A stretch of 35,598 nucleotides of DNA from a bacterium (GTDB taxonomy: Bacteria; Hydrothermota; Tepidihabitantia; Tepidihabitantales; Tepidihabitantaceae). The notes beneath the pieces are model-generated. The model ran no database searches. It saw nothing but the letters and a program-made list of their open reading frames with translations, and was not told the origin of the DNA. Location: assembly GCA_046485285.1 (NCBI GenBank), contig JAWOHE010000050.1, positions 1-35,598 of the forward strand, in the 5' to 3' direction. Numbering within the stretch: position 1 is the stretch's first letter; each line of letters opens with the position of its first letter. The translations under genes were made by a program, and so were the position numbers. Positions 30,711 to 35,598 of the stretch are shown in pieces.

Positions 30711-32277
30711 CGGCCCGGGCGAGCGCCCGCCCGATGCGGGCGAGACAGCTCTCCCGGCCCAGTATCGCCATCGTCTCGAACATCCCGAACCCGACCGGCT
30801 TGCCGGTTACCGCGACCCTCAGCGCGTGGATCACCGCGCCGACCTTGACGCCCTCGTCGGCCGTGAAGCGCTCAAGCGCTGCCTCGAGCTCGGCCGGTGC
30901 GAACGGCTCGACCGCCGCCAGCCGGTCCCGGAACCGCCCGAGCAGGCCCGCCGCGCCCGGCGCGGCCAGCCGCTTCTCGAACGCGGCCGGCTCGAACTCC
31001 AGCCGGTCGTCCGGCACGAAGAAATCGCCGAAATCGAGCACGTCGCCCGCGACCTTGATGCGGTCCCCGGCCGCGGCCAGCACCGCCGCCAGCCGTCGCT
31101 CGACCTCCGGCCCGGCCGGCCGGCCGACGAGCCCGGCCCGCTCGAGGAACGGCAGGGTCAGCCGCACCGCCTCCTCGCGCGGCAGGGCGAGGAAGTGCCG
31201 GACCTGGAACGCGGTCAGCTTGCGCGGGTCGAAACTCGCCGGCGCCCGGTTCACCCGGTCGAGGCTGAATACCCGCACCAGCTCGTCGCGCGTGAAATGC
31301 TCGCTCCGGTCGTCGAGCGCCCAGCCGAGCAGGACCAGGTAGTTGACCAGCGCCCCGGGCAGGAAACCGACCGACCGGTAGTACTCGACCGTCACCGGGT
31401 TGAATTCGTCGCCGCCGGCGTCGAGCCCGAGCGCGGCCGCCACCTTCGTCCCCCGCTCGACCAGCTCGGCGAAGTCCCGGTTGCCGAGGTACTGCCTGAG
31501 CTTGCGCTTGCTCAGCTTGTTCCGGCTTCCCGGCTCGGCCACGTAGGGCAGGTGGGCGAATGTCGGCAGCGGCCGGCCCAGCGCCCCGAGGATGAACACC
31601 TGCCGGGGCGTGTTCGACAGGTGCTCCTCCGCCCGGATTATGTGGCTGATGCCCATCTCGGCGTCGTCGACGGCGCTCGCGAGGTGGTAGAGCACCGAGC
31701 CGTCCTGGCGCTGGATCACGTGGTCCTGCTCCCGCTCCCAGTCGAACGACACCCGTCCGCGCACCATATCGTCGAGGTCGAGCCGGCCCGCGCTCGGCAT
31801 CTTCAGCCGCACCACCGCCCTGCGGCCCTCGGCCTCGTACTTGTGACGCTCGCCCGGTCCCTCGGCCATCCAGCGCCGCGAGTAGCGGAACACGCCCTGC
31901 TTCGACTCGATCGCCTGCCTCCGCTCCGCCTCGATCTCCTCCGGGGTCGCGTAGTCCCGGTAGGCGTGACCGGAGTGCAGCAGCCGGTCCACCGCCTCCT
32001 GGTACCGTTGGGTCCGCTCCGACTGGAAGTACGGCTCGTGCGGCCCGCCGACTTCCGGCCCCTCGTCCCAGTCGATGCCCAGCCAGCGCAGGCCGTCCAG
32101 GATCGGCCTCAGCGCCTCGGCCCGGTTCCGCTCCTGGTCGGTGTCGTCGATGCGCAGCACGAAACTGCCGCCGTGATGCCGGCAGAACAGCCAGTTGTAC
32201 AGCGCCGTGCGCGCGAGGCCGAGATGCATCGCCCCGGTTGGTGACGGGGCAATCCGGACCCGGACTCCGTCAGCCAC
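30700..32277 (-). CDS. gltX: Glutamate--tRNA ligase
   Basis: [50 protein letters not shown] start at 32277. Confidence 0.96.
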
Positions 32278-32317
32278 GCGCGGCCCAGGTTTGGACGGCA
32301 GGTACACAGATAAGGAC

Positions 32318-32402
32318 AGCGGAAAGGAAGGGATTTGAACGTGACCGGCCCTGCCTCGCACCAGTCGCGCCCCGCAGCGGAAGCCCGGGCGCGTCCAAAT
32401 CC
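32318..32402 (-). repeat. Degenerate copy of the tRNA-Ser 3' end forming one arm of an inverted repeat
   Basis: 32318-32340 matches 32486-32508 at 20/23 nt; 32331-32348 and 32385-32402 are inverted repeats (15/18). Confidence 0.6.
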
Positions 32403-32487
32403 TCGGCAGCGGAGCTGCCGACCGGGACGTCAGCTCCAGCGACCCACGTCACGCGGAGTTGGCCAGCGGTTGCGTTCATATGAAAAG

Positions 32488-32576
32488 CGGAGAGGGTGGG
32501 ATTTGAACCCACGATACGGTTTTACCCGTATAACCGCTTAGCAAGCGGTCGCCTTAGACCACTCGGCCACCTCTCC
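32488..32576 (-). tRNA. tRNA-Ser (GCT)
   Basis: GGAGAGG/CCTCTCC acceptor stem, ACCGC-TTGCTAA-GCGGT anticodon arm, long variable arm, GGTTCAAATCC T-loop, G discriminator; CCA not encoded. Confidence 0.95.
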
Positions 32577-32587
32577 GGACATCGAAA

Positions 32588-32674
32588 CGGAGGGCGGGGG
32601 ACTCGAACCCCCATGACCCGTTCCCGGGTCGACGGATTTCAAGTCCGTTGCCTTACCAATTAGACTAGCCCTCC
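32588..32674 (-). tRNA. tRNA-Ser (TGA)
   Basis: GGAGGGC/GCCCTCC acceptor stem, ACGGA-CTTGAAA-TCCGT anticodon arm, long variable arm, GGTTCGAGTCC T-loop; CCA not encoded. Confidence 0.95.
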
Positions 32675-32712
32675 GGTGGGCCGGCCTGTTTTCACAGAGC
32701 GACTGCGGTCCT

Positions 32713-32740
32713 AATGTAGCCTAACCTCTGCGCAAGTCAA
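32713..32740 (-). promoter_or_regulatory. Promoter of the tRNA-Ser pair (possibly continuing into gltX-glnS)
   Basis: TTGACT-N16-TACATT. Confidence 0.65.
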
Positions 32741-32746
32741 CCCCGC

Positions 32747-32933
32747 CCCGCGCCCGCGCGCTCGTCACCGGCGACCGCGGCCTCCTCGCGCTCGCGCCCC
32801 GCTGGCGCGGCATCCCGGTCCTCACCCTCACCGCCGCGCTCAAGAACCTCTAGTCCGCCCCGGCCCGCCGCATACTCACCCGCTCTTCATACCTTCGTGT
32901 CGAAATCCCTCTCCGCTGCCCGTCATTCCGACC
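32747..32933 (+). repeat. Direct repeat, copy 1: 3' fragment of the PIN toxin gene plus downstream sequence
   Basis: Aligns by eye to 33544-33729; encodes RARALVTGDRGLLALAPRWRGIPVLTLTAALKNL* (stop 32851-32853) with no start. Confidence 0.9.
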
Positions 32934-32957
32934 TAGGCGGCTGCGCCGCCCCGCCGC

Positions 32958-33010
32958 TTGACTCCCTGCCCCGATCTGCTACCATTGTAATGAAGTAAGA
33001 AAGTAAGGAG
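32958..33010 (+). promoter_or_regulatory. Toxin-antitoxin promoter/operator region
   Basis: TTGACT-N16-TACCAT; overlapping CATT-GT-AATG palindrome; tandem AAGTAAG repeats; SD AAGGAG. Confidence 0.65.
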
Positions 33011-33015
33011 CCGCA

Positions 33016-33249
33016 ATGCTCACCAAGAAGACCAGCAAGAACCAGGTCACCCTGCCCCGGGCCCTGCTCGACGAACTGCCCGAAACCGACTACTTCGACG
33101 CCACTATCAGCGACGGCGCCATCCTCCTCCGCCCGGTCCGCGTCACCCCGGCCGCGGACATCGAAATCGTCCGCGACCGGCTCGAGGAGAAAGGCATCGG
33201 CCCGGACGAAGTCGACAAGGCCATCCGGTGGGCGCGCGGAAAGAAGTAG
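33016..33249 (+). CDS. AbrB/MazE/SpoVT-family antitoxin
   Basis: KTSKNQVTLP...DG.ILLRP; C-terminal VDKAIRWAR; SD present; upstream of a PIN gene. Confidence 0.88.
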   Translation: MLTKKTSKNQVTLPRALLDELPETDYFDATISDGAILLRPVRVTPAADIEIVRDRLEEKGIGPDEVDKAIRWARGKK

Positions 33250-33650
33250 CCCGGCTCGTCCTCGACACCAACGTCCTCGTGTCGGCCCTCATCTTCCGCG
33301 GCGAGGCGGCCCGGCTCGTTCCCCTCTGGCACCGCGGCCGCTACCGCCTCGCGGTCAGCGCCGACATCCTGCGCGAGTACCTCCGCGTCCTCGCCTACCC
33401 CCGCTTCGGCCTCACGGCCGACGAAGTCCGCGCCATCGCCGCGGAGTACATCCTGCCCTGGTGCGATGCCTTCGCGGTCGAACCCGGCCCGCGCATCTGC
33501 CGCGACCGCGACGACGACAAGTTCCTCCACTGCGCCCGGGCCGCCCGCGCCCGCGCGCTCGTCACCGGCGACCGCGACCTACTCGCGCTTGCGCCCCGCT
33601 GGCGCGGCATCCCGGTCATCACCCTCACCGCCGCGCTCAAGAACCTCTAG
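33228..33650 (+). CDS. PIN-domain (VapC-like, PIN_3 type) toxin
   Basis: VLDTNVLVSA, E, RDRDDDKFLHCA, LVTGDRDLL acidic motifs; start uncertain. Confidence 0.9.
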   Translation: MGARKEVARLVLDTNVLVSALIFRGEAARLVPLWHRGRYRLAVSADILREYLRVLAYPRFGLTADEVRAIAAEYILPWCDAFAVEPGPRICRDRDDDKFLHCARAARARALVTGDRDLLALAPRWRGIPVITLTAALKNL

Positions 33651-33729
33651 TCTGCCCCCGCCCTTCGCTCCTCACCCGCTCTTCATACCTTCGTGTCGGA
33701 ATCCCTCTCCGCTGCCCGTCATTCCGACC
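33544..33729 (+). repeat. Direct repeat, copy 2
   Basis: Partner of 32747-32933. Confidence 0.9.
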
Positions 33730-33968
33730 GCAGTGGAGAAATCCCTCTCCGCCCCCGTCATCTCGACCGACGGCCGCAAGGCCCCCTCCCGTCATCTCGA
33801 CCGGAGGGCCGCAGGCCCGAAGTGGAGAGATCCCTCTTCTGTCCTCGCCCGTCCGAACCCGGACCAAGGGATTCCTCCAATCGGCGGCTCCGCCGCCTCC
33901 GTCGGAATGACAGGCAGTAACGGCCTGCCCCGCCCGTCATTTCGACCGCAGTGGAGAAATCCCTCTCC
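33718..33968. repeat. Cluster of GTCATT(C/T)CGAC-type REP-like palindromic elements
   Basis: Direct copies at 33718-33750, 33757-33783, 33791-33836 and 33936-33968; inverted copy at 33867-33911; a truncated head also at 32922-32933. Confidence 0.8.
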
Positions 33969-34018
33969 GGCCCGTGCGGGCCGTGGTTCAGGGTTCACCG
34001 TTCCGCGCTCGGTCCTTT

Positions 34019-34043
34019 GTAGGAGCGACATCGCTGTCGCGAT
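34019..34043 (+). repeat. GTAG-family REP-like element
   Basis: GTAG-GA-GCGACA-TCGC-TGTCGC-GAT. Confidence 0.6.
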
Positions 34044-34193
34044 TCCCCCGGCCCCGATGCCGAAGCCATCCCGGCGGACCGCAATCAGCACCTCGGGTCC
34101 AGGCCTTCGCCGGCAAAGTCGGTCAGGAGCCACCAGCAGGCCCCGTTTTAGGCATCAAAACGTAAGTCACCGACCGGCCGAGCTTTGACGGCA

Positions 34194-34718
34194 GGGGGGG
34201 ATATCCCCGGGGATATCCCCGGGGATATCCCCGGGACGGTCCCGGGGGCCGCCCCGGGGATGGTCCCGGGGGCCGCCCCGGGGATGGTCCCGGGAGCCGC
34301 CCCGGGGGCCGTCCCGGGGGCCGCCCCGGGGACCGCTCCGGGGGCCGCCCCGGGGACCGCTCCGGGGGCCGCTCCGGGGGCCGCTCCGGGGGCCGCTCCG
34401 GGGGCCGTCCCGGGGACCGCTCCGGGAGCCGCTCCGGGGATGCGGGGGGGGATAGGGGTGCCGTCCGACTTGTCCTGTGAGTCCGAGGCAGGCAGGAGCG
34501 CTCCGGGGGGTATACCCGGGGATATCCCCGGGACGGTTCCCGGGGCCACCCCGGGGGCCGTCCCGGGGGCCGCTCCCGGGGCCGTCCGGGGAACCGCTCC
34601 TGGGGATATCGGGGGGACGGTTCCGGGGGCCGTCCCGGGAGCCGCTACCGGGGCCGTCCCGGAGGCCGTCCCCGGAGCCGCTAGGGGAGGCGTCCCCGGG
34701 GCCGCTAGGGGAAGGCAG
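34194..34718. repeat. Degenerate 12-bp tandem repeat array in two blocks (~22 and ~18 units)
   Basis: Units such as CCCGGGGATATC, CCGGGGGCCGCC, CCGGGGACCGCT; blocks 34194-34457 and 34503-34718 with a 45-nt spacer; open PGxx frames on both strands. Confidence 0.9.
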
Positions 34719-34881
34719 GTGGGGGTGGGGGTCGGGACGGGCATCCGGGCGACTTGACAGGCCGATTGTGAGAGACGCCTGACGCCCGGCCAGACTGTTT
34801 CAATCCACCTGCCCGCACGGGGCGCGACTTCCCTCCACCCCGGGGCCGCTCCCGAAATGCGGGTGGGAATAGAATAGCCGC

Positions 34882-34910
34882 TTGACAGCCCGGACTGCCT
34901 GTCCTACGCT
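34882..34910 (+). promoter_or_regulatory. Putative promoter of the R-M gene (leaderless)
   Basis: TTGACA-N17-TACGCT-N8-ATG. Confidence 0.55.
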
Positions 34911-34918
34911 CTCCGCTG

Positions 34919-35598
34919 ATGAAGGCGGAGCATAGCCGGGCCGTTGCCGGCTACCTGGCCCGGGTCAGCCGCGCCCGCAAGCGCGGCGACGCGACCGAGC
35001 ATACCTACCGCGCCTTCCTGCAGGAGCTTATCGAAGCTCTTGCCAAGGGCGTTACCTGCACCAATGAACCCAAGGGCAGTCAGCAGGCCGGGCACCCGGA
35101 CCTGAAGGTCTCGCTCGGCGAGACCCCGCTCGGGTTCATAGAGACCAAAGCCATCGGCGCGGACCTCGACGCCATCCTCGATACCAGCCAGCTGCGGCGT
35201 TACCTGAAGAACATTCCCAACTTCATCCTCACCGACTATCTCGAGTTCCGCTGGTACCAGAACGGGTCCGAAGTCACCCGCTGCCGACTCGGCGCGTTCT
35301 CGGGCAAGGGCGCGCTCCGCCGCAATCCGGACGGCGAAGAGAGACTCGGTGAGCTGGTCGAGAACTTCGCCCAGGCCGAGGTCAAGTCCATCGGCAGCCC
35401 GAAAGAACTGGCCCAGCGCATGGCCGCGCTGGCCAGGCTCACCCGCCGCCACGTGCTCGAGCTGTTCGCGTCCGAGGAACGCAAGGGCGACCTGCACAAC
35501 CTGCTCCGGGCGTTCCGGGAAGTCCTGCTCCCGGACCTCGACGAAGAATCCTTCGCGGACATGTACGCCCAGACCGTCTGCTACGGCCTGTTCGCCGG
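34919..35598 (+). CDS. Fused restriction-modification enzyme (type IIG / ISP-like, N6-adenine methylase family); partial, runs off the window end
   Basis: Not in the ORF track; translated by hand: MKAEHS..ATEHTYR..NEPK..GHPDL..GFIETK (PD-(D/E)xK) ..QLRRY..NFILTDYLEF..FADMYAQTVCYGLFA. The methylase motifs themselves lie beyond the window. Confidence 0.85.
   Translation, partial: MKAEHSRAVAGYLARVSRARKRGDATEHTYRAFLQELIEALAKGVTCTNEPKGSQQAGHPDLKVSLGETPLGFIETKAIGADLDAILDTSQLRRYLKNIPNFILTDYLEFRWYQNGSEVTRCRLGAFSGKGALRRNPDGEERLGELVENFAQAEVKSIGSPKELAQRMAALARLTRRHVLELFASEERKGDLHNLLRAFREVLLPDLDEESFADMYAQTVCYGLFA

Noticed and set aside
32588..32674. Selenocysteine or suppressor tRNA
   Set aside because: The anticodon is TGA (reads UCA, Ser), not TCA; normal 7-bp acceptor stem
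33718..33968. CRISPR array or integron attC array
   Set aside because: Irregular spacing, mixed orientation, variable units, no cassettes or integrase
33461..34188. ORFs across the REP cluster (33461-33910, 33466-34188, 33792-34133)
   Set aside because: Translations of repeat DNA; no SD or protein-like features
34194..34718. CRISPR array
   Set aside because: Contiguous 12-bp units without unique spacers; no cas genes
34904..35497. 197-aa minus-strand ORF
   Set aside because: Antisense to the R-M gene encoded on the plus strand

Overview
GC-rich bacterial chromosomal segment. The style of the secreted-protein C-terminal domain recalls candidate division WOR-3 (recollection, not verified). 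Most of the window is housekeeping and envelope genes: a partial LVIVD-repeat protein, a C25/gingipain-like protein with a T9SS-type C-terminal domain, a 7-blade Ycf48-like propeller, purQ, a (2Fe-2S) protein plus FAD oxidoreductase, an AftB-like GT-C/TPR protein converging on a UbiA-family decaprenyl-phosphate phosphoribosyltransferase, PilB/GspE and PilC/GspF, an M42 peptidase, recF-DUF721-gyrB, DUF58 and BatA/VWA, an M20 hydrolase, a TetR-TolC-MFP-RND efflux operon, glnS-gltX and two tRNA-Ser genes. The last ~3.3 kb is accessory: a tRNA 3'-end duplicate with a hairpin, an AbrB/PIN toxin-antitoxin pair bracketed by a ~187-bp direct repeat of its own 3' end, REP-like palindromes, a ~40-unit 12-bp tandem array and the start of a type IIG/ISP-like restriction-modification gene. 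Window-wide, sigma70-like promoters mostly have a 16-bp spacer and many genes appear leaderless. No CRISPR array, rRNA, integrase or transposase was found.
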